Source of the DNA: Gemmatimonadales bacterium
GTDB lineage: Bacteria; Gemmatimonadota; Gemmatimonadetes; Gemmatimonadales; GWC2-71-9
Direction: 5' to 3'
Assembly: GCA_965249575.1 (NCBI GenBank)
Contig: OZ252244.1
Location: 2,272,001-2,336,000 of the forward strand
Length of the DNA: 64,000 nt
The notes under the pieces were generated by a model. It was not told the origin of the DNA. It saw only the letters and a program-made list of their open reading frames with translations, and did no database searches. Below, piece after piece: positions 27,416 to 36,390 of the stretch; the stretch's first letter is position 1; every line of letters begins with the position of its first letter. A program made the translations under genes and the position numbers.

Positions 27416-28657
27416 CTAGTCGTACAGGCCGGCTGCGTCGTACGACCGGTCCAGCAGCTCGACGGGGTGTACGACCGGAATCGACGAACCGGCGGCGCGC
27501 AGGCCCGCTCCGATCTGCATCACGCACCCCGGATTGCCGGTGGCCACCGCGTCCGGTGCTGCGCTCAAGAGCGAGCCGACTTTCCGCTGAAGGACGGAGT
27601 CCGACATAGTTCGCTGCTGAAGAGCGTACATCCCCGCGCCGCCACAGCACAGTGCAGCCTCCCGGTGTTCTACTCGTTCCAGACCGGGGACGGCTTTGAG
27701 CACGGACAGCGGTGCCTCATCGATCCGCTGGGCGTGCAGGAGATGGCAAGGCGGGTCGTAGGCGACCCGCCGTTCGAGTTTCGCACCCGACGCGGGTCCG
27801 CGCGCCACGAGCGCCTCACTGACATCGCGGACCCGGGCCCCAACGCGTCGCGCCGACCGTTCGTCTGGGTCGCCTGCGAGCAGGCGTCCGTATTCTCGGA
27901 GTTGAGCCCCACAACCTGCGCTATTGACGACGATCACGTCGGCGTTAACGCGCTCAAATGCTCTGACGTTCTGCCGCGCAAGGCTTACCGCCGCCTCGTG
28001 CGCTCCGGCGTGCGCGTGCAGCGCTCCACAACAGCCCTGACCGACGGCGTCTGCGATCCGGTAGCCGTTTATCGCGAGCGTTCGGGCGGTCGCGTCATGC
28101 ACGTGCTGAAAGAGGCCCGACATGACACACCCGGAAAAGATGACGGCCAACGGACCGGATTGCGGCGCGGGAATCGATCCGTGCCGTTGCGGTGCGTGAT
28201 TTGGGGAAGATGGGTGTGTCGCGGCCAGCATTCTCAGGGGGAATCCGATTCTCGAGCGGCCTGCGACCGCGCCCGCCACGGGACGCAGCAACCGGAGTAA
28301 GCCGAGCAACGGCCTTCGCACAACCGGTTCGCCCATCGCGAGTAACCCCAGTCGTGCGAGTAGGGACGGCGCGCGCGACTGGCTGAGGATATGGCGCGCG
28401 TGCTCGAGCGCCGGACCGTATGCGACGCCGGAGGGGCACACGGGCTCACAGGCTCGGCAATCGAGGCAGCGATCCAGATGCATTGTGAGATGCTCGTCAC
28501 TTGGATCGAGGTACCCGCGGGCGAGCCCCTGCATGAGCACGATACGCCCTCGGGGGCTGTCCGCCTCGTCTCCCGTTACCAGGAACGTCGGGCAACTCTG
28601 GAGACAGAACCCGCAGTGGACGCACGGATCGAGCCCGGCAAACGCGTTATTGGTCAC
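27416..28657 (-). CDS. glcF: Glycolate oxidase Fe-S subunit
   Basis: CVHCGFCLQSCP and CLDCRACEPVCP ferredoxin motifs; two CCG domains. Confidence 0.92.
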   Translation of the reverse strand: MTNNAFAGLDPCVHCGFCLQSCPTFLVTGDEADSPRGRIVLMQGLARGYLDPSDEHLTMHLDRCLDCRACEPVCPSGVAYGPALEHARHILSQSRAPSLLARLGLLAMGEPVVRRPLLGLLRLLRPVAGAVAGRSRIGFPLRMLAATHPSSPNHAPQRHGSIPAPQSGPLAVIFSGCVMSGLFQHVHDATARTLAINGYRIADAVGQGCCGALHAHAGAHEAAVSLARQNVRAFERVNADVIVVNSAGCGAQLREYGRLLAGDPDERSARRVGARVRDVSEALVARGPASGAKLERRVAYDPPCHLLHAQRIDEAPLSVLKAVPGLERVEHREAALCCGGAGMYALQQRTMSDSVLQRKVGSLLSAAPDAVATGNPGCVMQIGAGLRAAGSSIPVVHPVELLDRSYDAAGLYD

Positions 28658-29858
28658 TGGTCGGTGGATCTCGCGGGGAAAACACGCCTCGCGGATCGAA
28701 CACCGATCGCAGCGCGCCGACCAGCCTGCCGGCGTTCTCGCGATAGGCGCCGAAATGCCCGATCGATGCCAGCACGGTGTGCGGGGCCCGCTCGACCGAC
28801 ACTGGGAACTCGCGTTGAGCGGCGACGCGGCGTAACAAGCGAAGTCGGTCGATCTCCGCCGACCCACTCCAGCGAATCGTGCCGGCGGCGACGCTCACGC
28901 TGATCCAGCCCTCGTCCAGGTGGTGGGCGAGCAAGTCGAGTCCGACGTCCACCGACGTGGGGAGCACGCCAAGGCGGAGCGTCACGGGTGCCCGTGTGGC
29001 CCCCGCCGAAACGTCACTCCAGAAATCGCCGGAATCAGGTGCCGAGAGCTCCGCAAATCCGACGCCGGTCAGGGAGGGGATCCTTTGCCGGCTAGCCTCG
29101 ACTGCGGCGCCGGACCCGACCAGGCGCAGCGCGAGGACCCACTCCCGCCCGCCCGCCGCGCCCGGCGAGAGGAGCTCCAAGGCCGCTGGCGACTCTCCAG
29201 CGTCCAGCACTCGGAGCGCTGCGCGCGCCAATGCGTCGCGTGCCCCCTGAGTGAGGAGCGTGGAGTCTGCGCGAGGAATCGTACCCAATCGCATCGAAAG
29301 CGATGTGATGATGCCGAAGACTCCAAAGCTCCCCGCGGCGAGCTTCGCGAGATCGAACCCCGCGACGTTCTTGACGACCTTGCCACCGGCACGGACGATC
29401 TGGCCCTCTCCCGTAACGAAGGAAAGTCCGACAATGTGGTCGCGCAGCGCACCGAACCCGGACCGGAGCGGCCCGGCCGTACCGGTGGCCACGACCGACC
29501 CCAACGTCCGACCCCTCCCGGGCGGATCGGCCGAAAGCCACGTGCCTCGATCCGCCAGCCCAGATCGAAGGTCCTCCCAGCGGATTCCCGCTTGCGCGGT
29601 CGCGACCTGGTCAGATGGGTCAACCTGGAGCAAGCGGTTCAGCTGCTTCGTCGTGATCGCGAGATCGGCAGGTGCGTCCGGCGAAGCCCACGTGCCGGAC
29701 CCTTCGATGCGGATCTGCCATCCGGCAGCCGCAGCGGTCCGCACGACCAGTGCGCAGGCGTCCTCGGTGTCCGGGGCGACTCGGGGCATGCCATCGACGT
29801 CGGTGTCGACGGCGGCATCGGGGCCAAGCAGCGAGCGGACTCGCCGTACAATGCTCAG
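28647..29858 (-). CDS. glcE: Glycolate oxidase FAD-binding subunit (start CTG 29858 or GTG 29873)
   Basis: GGKVVKNVAGFDL, GSFGVFGII, C-terminal FDP. Confidence 0.88.
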   Translation of the reverse strand: MSIVRRVRSLLGPDAAVDTDVDGMPRVAPDTEDACALVVRTAAAAGWQIRIEGSGTWASPDAPADLAITTKQLNRLLQVDPSDQVATAQAGIRWEDLRSGLADRGTWLSADPPGRGRTLGSVVATGTAGPLRSGFGALRDHIVGLSFVTGEGQIVRAGGKVVKNVAGFDLAKLAAGSFGVFGIITSLSMRLGTIPRADSTLLTQGARDALARAALRVLDAGESPAALELLSPGAAGGREWVLALRLVGSGAAVEASRQRIPSLTGVGFAELSAPDSGDFWSDVSAGATRAPVTLRLGVLPTSVDVGLDLLAHHLDEGWISVSVAAGTIRWSGSAEIDRLRLLRRVAAQREFPVSVERAPHTVLASIGHFGAYRENAGRLVGALRSVFDPRGVFSPRDPPTSDQ

Positions 29859-30238
29859 TCCTGGTCCAGGCACCGTTGGAACCGTTCTCGCGTGTCGTCC
29901 AGGAACGACCGGGCTTCCTCGACGTAGGGGCGTGCGGACTCCACCGGCCACGGGCTCGTGAGAACGTCCTTGATGTCGAGCGCCGAAAGAGCGGCGTAGA
30001 GATTTGGGAACGCGTCGCGCACTTGGCGCTGCATCTCGCTGGGTGGAAGCGACTGCTCCCAGGGGGGGCGTTCGAGCCAAATCCGAACCGTCGCCGCTGC
30101 GACGACCGCCGGATACGACTCCTGCAACGCCCTACCTCCGTCGTCGTGCGACAGCCTCGCCTCGGCCTCATCGAGCCTTCGGCCGGCATCGGCCAGCTGC
30201 TCCTCGAAGGTGGTACGCCACCGTGTCGGGATGTGCAT
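29855..30238 (-). CDS. Hypothetical helical protein (HEPN-like) inside the glc operon
   Basis: ATG overlaps the glcD TAA (TAATG); stop overlaps the glcE start; 127 aa amphipathic helical sequence. Confidence 0.75.
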   Translation of the reverse strand: MHIPTRWRTTFEEQLADAGRRLDEAEARLSHDDGGRALQESYPAVVAAATVRIWLERPPWEQSLPPSEMQRQVRDAFPNLYAALSALDIKDVLTSPWPVESARPYVEEARSFLDDTRERFQRCLDQD

Positions 30239-31695
30239 TACGCCACAGCCTCCGGATCTCGGCTGCCGACTGACACGTGAGCAGCGCTCCATTCACGGCA
30301 TGCGTGGACTGGGACCACCTTCCCGCGATTCGCCCTTTCCGACGGATCGAAGGCCGTGCGGACAGCTCGCATGGCCGAGAGCGTCTCTGAATCGAAGAGC
30401 AGGGGCATGTACCGGAGCTTGTCGGTGCCGACGCCGTGTTCCCCCGTTATCGTCCCCCCCGCGTCGATGCACGCTCGCATGATGGCGGCGGCGGCCTGGT
30501 CCACGCGGCCGCGTTCGTCCGGGTCGTCGGGGTCAAAACTGATGTTCGGGTGCAGGTTACCGTCGCCGGCGTGAAACACGTTGCTGACCTTGAGTCGGTA
30601 CTGCCGGGCGATGGCGTCGACCTGCTCGAGAATGCCCGCCAGCGCGGTGCGCGGCACGACGGCGTCTTGTACGAGGAGGGTTGGGCTGATCCGGCCTAGG
30701 GCTCCGAAGGCTTTCTTGCGGCCGAGCCAAAGTCGGGCTCGTTCACCCGCGTCCCGAGCTAGCCGAACCGACCGCGCGTCGTGCTTGCGCAGTAAGGCCG
30801 ATACTTCATCCGCTTCGGCAGCCACGCTGCCTTCATCGGGTCCGTCCAGTTCCGCCAGCAGAACCGCCGCGGCGTCGACGGGGTAACCGGCGGCGTAGAT
30901 CGACGCTTCGACAACGGCAACGCAGTTGCGGTCCATCATTTCGAGCGCCGCTGGCAGAATGCCAGACGCGATCACGGCCGTGACGGCCTGACCTGCGGAT
31001 CGAACGCTCGAGAAATCCGCCAGGAGCGTTCTGACGGCTCGTGGGGTCGGCACCAGCCGCACGGCTATGCGCGTAGCGATACCGAACATGCCCTCGCTCC
31101 CGACGAACAGGCCGACCAAGTCTGGACCCCAGCATTCTCCCCCCGGCGAGCCTAGCAACGTTACCTGTCCGTCGGGCAGGACGACCTCCAGCTCGAGAAC
31201 GTGATTCGTCGTGACGCCGTATTTGAGGCAGTGCGGCCCACCGGCGTTTTCCGCGACGTTCCCCCCGATAGTGCATGCGGTCTGACTTGAGGGATCTGGC
31301 GCGTAGTGCAGCCCGTGGGGCGCGGCCGCCTCCGTGAGCCGAGCGTTGACCACGCCTGGTTCCACGACGGCTCTTCGGTTGCGGGGGTCTACCTCGAGGA
31401 TGCGGTTCAGCCGGGTGAGCGCGAGCACGACCTCGGATTGCGTGGCAACAGCGCCCCCGGACAGACCAGTTCCGGCCCCGCGCGGCACGAACGGAATCCC
31501 CCAGTGAGCCAGCACGCGGACGACTCGGATCACCTCGTCCCGGGTCCCAGGGAGGACAACCGCCGCCGGTAGCGAATGCCGAGTGGGCAGTGCGTCGGAC
31601 GCGTAGGTCTCGAGTGCTGGTCGGGATTGCCGAATCCAGCGCGCACCCACGATGGCCTCGACCGCGCCAAGGGCTGCCTCCACCGCGTCCGTCAT
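30238..31695 (-). CDS. glcD: Glycolate oxidase subunit GlcD (FAD-linked oxidase)
   Basis: PRGAGTGLSGG, PDPSS, ENAGG, HAGDGNLHP, GEHGVG. Confidence 0.93.
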   Translation of the reverse strand: MTDAVEAALGAVEAIVGARWIRQSRPALETYASDALPTRHSLPAAVVLPGTRDEVIRVVRVLAHWGIPFVPRGAGTGLSGGAVATQSEVVLALTRLNRILEVDPRNRRAVVEPGVVNARLTEAAAPHGLHYAPDPSSQTACTIGGNVAENAGGPHCLKYGVTTNHVLELEVVLPDGQVTLLGSPGGECWGPDLVGLFVGSEGMFGIATRIAVRLVPTPRAVRTLLADFSSVRSAGQAVTAVIASGILPAALEMMDRNCVAVVEASIYAAGYPVDAAAVLLAELDGPDEGSVAAEADEVSALLRKHDARSVRLARDAGERARLWLGRKKAFGALGRISPTLLVQDAVVPRTALAGILEQVDAIARQYRLKVSNVFHAGDGNLHPNISFDPDDPDERGRVDQAAAAIMRACIDAGGTITGEHGVGTDKLRYMPLLFDSETLSAMRAVRTAFDPSERANRGKVVPVHACREWSAAHVSVGSRDPEAVA

Positions 31696-32372
31696 CTTGC
31701 CGGGCTCGAATGGTAGCGCCCGCCGCTCCCGTTCTTCTTCGCTCGCATTCTGACCGCCGCCCGCTCGCGCAGCTCTGTGTTGAGCGGTTGGAGGATGCGT
31801 TCAAGGGTGTGAAGCCGGTCTCGGGTCGACGTCATGGAGAGCAGGTGCTGTTTGACGCTTGGATCTGCCTCTACTGATGCGGCGACGTGAAACGAAAGGG
31901 CCTTTGCTTCGCTCGGCACGTCATCGTCCGGTAGCTCCGCGTCGTCGAGAACCCGTACGGCGGCGACGAACTGTGCGAAGCTCAGCCGAAGCCGGTCGGG
32001 CAGATCGTGCAGGTCCGCGGACGTCTGGGGATCGTCGTCGAACACGTCGACGTGGGCCACCTGATACGAACGGTCTCCCCGGACGACCTCGCGCACGACG
32101 TAGCGCTCCTGTCCGACAGTGAGAATGTTCGAGCAACCGTCAGGCAGCGGCCGATGAGCCGTGACGAATGCGACACACCCAACCTCCCCGGGGGCGGGTT
32201 CAGGGTCCTGGTCGCCCCCCCGCTCCACGTAGGAAATGCCGAACCGCTTATCGGCGCTCAGGCAGTCGGCGAGAAGGTCTCGATATCGGGGCTCGAAGAT
32301 GTGAAGGAGTTGTCTGGCCCCTGGGAAAAGGACGAGCGGGAGTGGAAAGAGTGGTAGCCGGACGCGCGACAT
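31692..32372 (-). CDS. Stand-alone Lon protease substrate-binding (LON N) domain protein
   Basis: LPLFPLPLVLFPG...LHIFEPRY. Confidence 0.92.
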   Translation of the reverse strand: MSRVRLPLFPLPLVLFPGARQLLHIFEPRYRDLLADCLSADKRFGISYVERGGDQDPEPAPGEVGCVAFVTAHRPLPDGCSNILTVGQERYVVREVVRGDRSYQVAHVDVFDDDPQTSADLHDLPDRLRLSFAQFVAAVRVLDDAELPDDDVPSEAKALSFHVAASVEADPSVKQHLLSMTSTRDRLHTLERILQPLNTELRERAAVRMRAKKNGSGGRYHSSPAR

Positions 32373-32423
32373 GAATCAAAGATACGTCGCCGTATGCGGA
32401 GAGCGGGAGGCGGTCCGAGCACC

Positions 32424-32454
32424 AAAAAAGGCGGCAGGCTCAACGCCTACCGCC
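32424..32454 (-). terminator. Intrinsic terminator after the sigma factor gene
   Basis: GGCGGTAGGC-GTTGA-GCCTGCCGCC followed by T6 on the minus strand. Confidence 0.85.
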
Positions 32455-32474
32455 CTGGCACCCGGGTGCCGCGG

Positions 32475-33365
32475 CTACGCAGCGAGCCAGAAACCCTTGA
32501 GCGTCCTCCCGTCGGGGCTCTCGCGCAGCTTCTCGAACGCTCGCTCTCGAATCTGGCGGATACGCTCGCGTGTTACACCCATGATCTCCCCGATGCGCTC
32601 GAGCGTCATCCCCTCGGCGCCTTCCTCCAACCCGTAATACAGGTAGAGAATCTTCCGTTCCCGAGGAGTGAGGTACTTCTCCAGGATGCGGTCGATCAAT
32701 TCCCGCATGAGCTTGTATTCGGTGCGCTCCTCGATGTCGATGCCTTCCTGAGACGTGAACCGCTCACCGAGGGTTGCGGCGTCCCGATCGGTGCGGTCGA
32801 CGGGGGCGTCCAGTGAGATCTCGGCGGCCGTCATGCGCCGGGCCCCGCGCACGTTCTCGACCGAATCGTCGAGTGCCCGTGCGATTTCCGCATCGGTGGG
32901 CTCTCTTCCGAGCTCCTGTGACAGGTACGTCTCCGTGCGGGCCATTCGGATCAAGTGGCTGTTCTGGTTCAGCGGGATGCGAACACTGCGCGTCTGTTCC
33001 GCCAGCGCCTTGAGCACCGCCTGCCGCACCCACCACACCGCGTACGAAATGAACTTCACGCCCTGATTGGGATCGAATTTCTTCACGGCCTTGAGGAGGC
33101 CCTCGTTCCCGATAGCGACCAACTCCGACAGGTCCAGCCCGTGACCCTGGTATTTCTTCACGTAGGAGATCACGAAGCGGAGGTTGGCCGTTACCAGGCG
33201 CTCCGCGGCTTCGGCGTCTCCCCGCTGCGCCCGGCGAGCCAGCCGTCTCTCTTCACCGCGGTCGCGAATCAGCGGCAGTTTCTGGATGTCATGAAGATAT
33301 TGGTCGAACGCTCCGGAAGGGCTGGTGCGAAAGAACGCTTTCGCTTTGGCGCGAACCTTGGCCAT
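32475..33365 (-). CDS. RNA polymerase sigma factor, RpoD/SigA family, short form lacking region 1.1
   Basis: YL..I (1.2), ANLRFV, GNEGL, KFISYAVWWVRQ, TLERIG..MGVTRERIRQI. Confidence 0.95.
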   Translation of the reverse strand: MAKVRAKAKAFFRTSPSGAFDQYLHDIQKLPLIRDRGEERRLARRAQRGDAEAAERLVTANLRFVISYVKKYQGHGLDLSELVAIGNEGLLKAVKKFDPNQGVKFISYAVWWVRQAVLKALAEQTRSVRIPLNQNSHLIRMARTETYLSQELGREPTDAEIARALDDSVENVRGARRMTAAEISLDAPVDRTDRDAATLGERFTSQEGIDIEERTEYKLMRELIDRILEKYLTPRERKILYLYYGLEEGAEGMTLERIGEIMGVTRERIRQIRERAFEKLRESPDGRTLKGFWLAA

Positions 33366-33442
33366 ACGACTCCCCGAGTTGGGGTGACCGACGAAGAGAA
33401 TGGTTTGGCGAATCCCGCCCATGACTAGCGATGAGCGGGGCT

Positions 33443-33471
33443 ATTATAGGAGAGGGCTCAGACAGCGTCAA
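33443..33471 (-). promoter_or_regulatory. Near-consensus sigma70 promoter of the sigma factor gene
   Basis: TTGACG (33471-33466), 17-bp spacer, TATAAT (33448-33443); AT-rich UP-like tract upstream. Confidence 0.85.
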
Positions 33472-33574
33472 GCAAAAAAATTATCAACATCACAAACCGT
33501 TAGTAAAGAAGGGGTTCTGGATTTTGTCCACGTGGGCCGTTTGCGTGTTCAAAAACCCGAGTATCGTGTTACGC

Positions 33575-33601
33575 GTAAGCCACTGTAGTATATGTACTTA
33601 C
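33575..33601. promoter_or_regulatory. GTAAG-N17-CTTAC imperfect palindrome, same motif family as 3048-3074
   Basis: gTAAgccactgtagtatatgtacTTAc shares TGTAGTATA at the same offset as the pilin-upstream copy. Confidence 0.5.
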
Positions 33602-33660
33602 ACGCTGATGGAAATGTTATCGTTTTGTTGAAGGTTTGTGGATGGTTTTGTGCCCGAACG

Positions 33661-34761
33661 CTACAAGCTGTTGAGCACTGCCATGATAGTGGAAGTGGGG
33701 ACTGCCACGGTCCACTCGCCGCGGTCCCCGCGCACGATTTCCCCGGGCTGCTGGATGAGAGCAAAGTGAATCGCGCCGTCGCGGGCCTTTTTGTCCTTTT
33801 GCATGGCCTCGAGCATGCGGTCGGGCTGGGCTTCCTCCGGGAAATCGGTTGGCAGGCCGCACGTCGCGACCGTGCGTCGAACGGCCTCGACGGTCTTCCG
33901 GTCACTCGCTCCGATGGCCGCCGCGATCTCGGTCTCCACGATCATGCCGAGCGCCACGGCTTCGCCATGCAGCAGGGAATAGCCGGTCGTGGCCTCCAGG
34001 GCGTGGCCTACGGTGTGGCCGAAGTTGAGCGTCGCACGTCGGCCGGCCTCGCGCTCGTCATCGGACACGATATCGACCTTGACCCTAATGCTCCGCTCGA
34101 TGAGGTCGATCAGGGTGGCGGGATCACGGGCGAACACCAGCTCTCGCGCGGCTTCGATCGAGTCCAACAGAGCCGGGTCGGCGATGTAGCCATGTTTGAG
34201 GGCCTCTGCGAGTCCGGCGACCAGTTGGTGTCGCGGGAGCTTGCCGAGGGCGGAGGCGTCGGCCACCACCAATCGCGGCTGGTGGAAGGCCCCAACGAGG
34301 TTCTTGCCGAACGCTGTGTCGACCCCGGTCTTGCCGCCGATCGAGCTGTCGATCATTGCGAGGAGTGTTGTGGGTACCTGCGCGTACGGGACCCCGCGGA
34401 GGTAGGTGGCTGCCACGAACCCCGCGAGGTCGCCGGTAACGCCGCCGCCCAGCGCGACGATCGCGCCGTCCCTGGCGAGGCCCGACTCCAAGAGTTGATC
34501 GGTCAGCGCCTGCCACGTCTCGCGCGTTTTGTTCCGTTCCCCGGCGGGGAACGTCGCCACGGTGGTCGGCGCATGTTCCCGCAGCGCCTCCTCGATTTGC
34601 CCGCCGAACAGGTTGGCAACCGTGGAGTCGGCGATGATGCCGTACTGCCTCGCCGGCATCGTGTCGGTCAGCAGGTCGGGAAGCTCGGCCAGCACGCCGT
34701 CACCTAGAACGATGTCGTATGCCGCGGGGCCGAGCGGAACGCGAATGACCGAGCGAGTTAT
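33661..34761 (-). CDS. aroB: 3-dehydroquinate synthase (apparent ATA start at 34761)
   Basis: GGGVTGDLAGF, PTTLLAMIDSSIGGKTG, LNFGHT.GHALE, HGEAV. Confidence 0.95.
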   Translation of the reverse strand: MTRSVIRVPLGPAAYDIVLGDGVLAELPDLLTDTMPARQYGIIADSTVANLFGGQIEEALREHAPTTVATFPAGERNKTRETWQALTDQLLESGLARDGAIVALGGGVTGDLAGFVAATYLRGVPYAQVPTTLLAMIDSSIGGKTGVDTAFGKNLVGAFHQPRLVVADASALGKLPRHQLVAGLAEALKHGYIADPALLDSIEAARELVFARDPATLIDLIERSIRVKVDIVSDDEREAGRRATLNFGHTVGHALEATTGYSLLHGEAVALGMIVETEIAAAIGASDRKTVEAVRRTVATCGLPTDFPEEAQPDRMLEAMQKDKKARDGAIHFALIQQPGEIVRGDRGEWTVAVPTSTIMAVLNSL

Positions 34762-35675
34762 ATCGTCACCTCGCCCTTGATCACCGTAACGGCCTCGCCG
34801 CCGACGCGAACCTCTGTGATTTCTCCGCCGTTCCCGACGGCGATCTCGACGTCGATGCGGCTGGGACGGCCGATCTCGATTCCTTGTTCCACCGTAATCA
34901 TCGCGATCCCATCGTGCGGCCGGACGACGCCGTGCCACACCAGGAAGGAGCCGAGCGCCCCCGCGGCGCTCCCGGTGGCGGGATCCTCGGGGACACCGAG
35001 TCCCGGTGCGAACATCCGGCAGTGCACCGTCGCGTCAGGCGACACGGTCTCCAGAGCGTAACACATGGCGCAATCGGTACCCAGCTCGCGCAGGAGCGCG
35101 GCGAGCGTTGCTCCCTGTCCACCACTCGGAAGTGACTGTAACGCTGCCAGTGAGCGCACGGGGACGATGAGCTGGGGAAGCGCGGTCGAAACGACCTGTG
35201 GGGCGGGTTCCGTTGGGACCGTGGCGTGATCTCCACCGAGCGCCTCTCCAAGCGGCATGTTGGTCGGCACGCTTTCACCGAACTGAGGCAGTGACTGCGT
35301 CATCACTACGCGCGTCGGCGATCCTTTTTTCACGGTGATGTCGACCGGGAGCACCCCGTTACCAGTCTCCTGGTAGACCCGCAGGACATCGTCTTCGGGA
35401 AGGTCGATCTCACCGGTCTGACCCAGCATCCACCACGTTCCAATCGTGGGGTGCCCAGCCAGCGGAATCTCGGCCGTGGGCGTAAAGAACCGGACGCGGC
35501 GCGTGGCGGTGCTCGAGGGCGTAACGAACGTCGTCTCGGACAGGTTCATCTCTCGCGCGAGGGCCTGCATCTTTTCCGCGGTCAGTCCTTCGGCTCGCGG
35601 GAATACGGCGAGCGGATTGCCCTTTAGCGGGGTATCGGTGAACACGTCGAGTTGATGGAACACGTAGGTCAACAT
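34758..35675 (-). CDS. PhzF family isomerase/epimerase
   Basis: DVFTD..KGNP, NLSETTF, LAGHPT, EDPATGSA. Confidence 0.93.
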   Translation of the reverse strand: MLTYVFHQLDVFTDTPLKGNPLAVFPRAEGLTAEKMQALAREMNLSETTFVTPSSTATRRVRFFTPTAEIPLAGHPTIGTWWMLGQTGEIDLPEDDVLRVYQETGNGVLPVDITVKKGSPTRVVMTQSLPQFGESVPTNMPLGEALGGDHATVPTEPAPQVVSTALPQLIVPVRSLAALQSLPSGGQGATLAALLRELGTDCAMCYALETVSPDATVHCRMFAPGLGVPEDPATGSAAGALGSFLVWHGVVRPHDGIAMITVEQGIEIGRPSRIDVEIAVGNGGEITEVRVGGEAVTVIKGEVTI

Positions 35676-35678
35676 GGG

Positions 35679-36221
35679 TCACCAAATCCGGTCCGGCACG
35701 TTGGCCCGGTGATTTGCGAGCCGCGCGAACACGAACAGGAGATCGGATAGGCGGTTGAGGTACGCCAGGATGACGGGCGGCACGTCCGTGTTCAGGCTGA
35801 GGGCCACGACCGAACGCTCCGCCCGGCGGCAGACGGTGCGAGCGACGTGAAACGCGGCCGCCTTTGGGGCGCCCCCCGGAAGCACGAAGGCGCTCAGTGG
35901 GGCGAGCTCGGCGGTGGCAACATCGATCGCGGCCTCGAGTCGCCTTACCCGATCCGGTGACACAGCGGCCTTCTGAAGTGTATCGGAGACTTTGTTTGGG
36001 TGGGGGCTCGATAACAGCGCGCCGATAGCAAACAAATCTTGCTGGATCGACGCGAGGAGTTCGGGCTCCACGTCCGGCTCGCAGGCACCAGCCACACCGA
36101 TCGTGCTGTTCAGCTCGTCTACATCGCCGCACGCCGCGATCCGGGCGTGATTCTTTTCCACTCGGCCACCGCCAAAGAGCGCCGTTTGGCCCCTGTCGCC
36201 GGTTCTAGTGTAGATCTTCAC
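35679..36221 (-). CDS. pduO: PduO-type ATP:cob(I)alamin adenosyltransferase
   Basis: KIYTRTGD.G.T, RTVCRRAER, YLNRLSD. Confidence 0.94.
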   Translation of the reverse strand: MKIYTRTGDRGQTALFGGGRVEKNHARIAACGDVDELNSTIGVAGACEPDVEPELLASIQQDLFAIGALLSSPHPNKVSDTLQKAAVSPDRVRRLEAAIDVATAELAPLSAFVLPGGAPKAAAFHVARTVCRRAERSVVALSLNTDVPPVILAYLNRLSDLLFVFARLANHRANVPDRIW

Positions 36222-36390
36222 GGTGGGATTCAAAGTAGGTGCCGCCCCAACCGGCGGCAAGGCGTTAGATTACGTGCGAGTGTGCGCGATTGTGCGATAT
36301 CTGATCGGCGGGCACGGCTCGGCTGAGCCAGGCTCCGCCGATTTCTGTCTCCGGCAGCCAACCAGTGGCGATCTCTGCGACGCGATCGGT

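Noticed and set aside
36222..36390. Cobalamin riboswitch upstream of pduO
   Set aside because: No B12-box or other conserved aptamer elements are visible.
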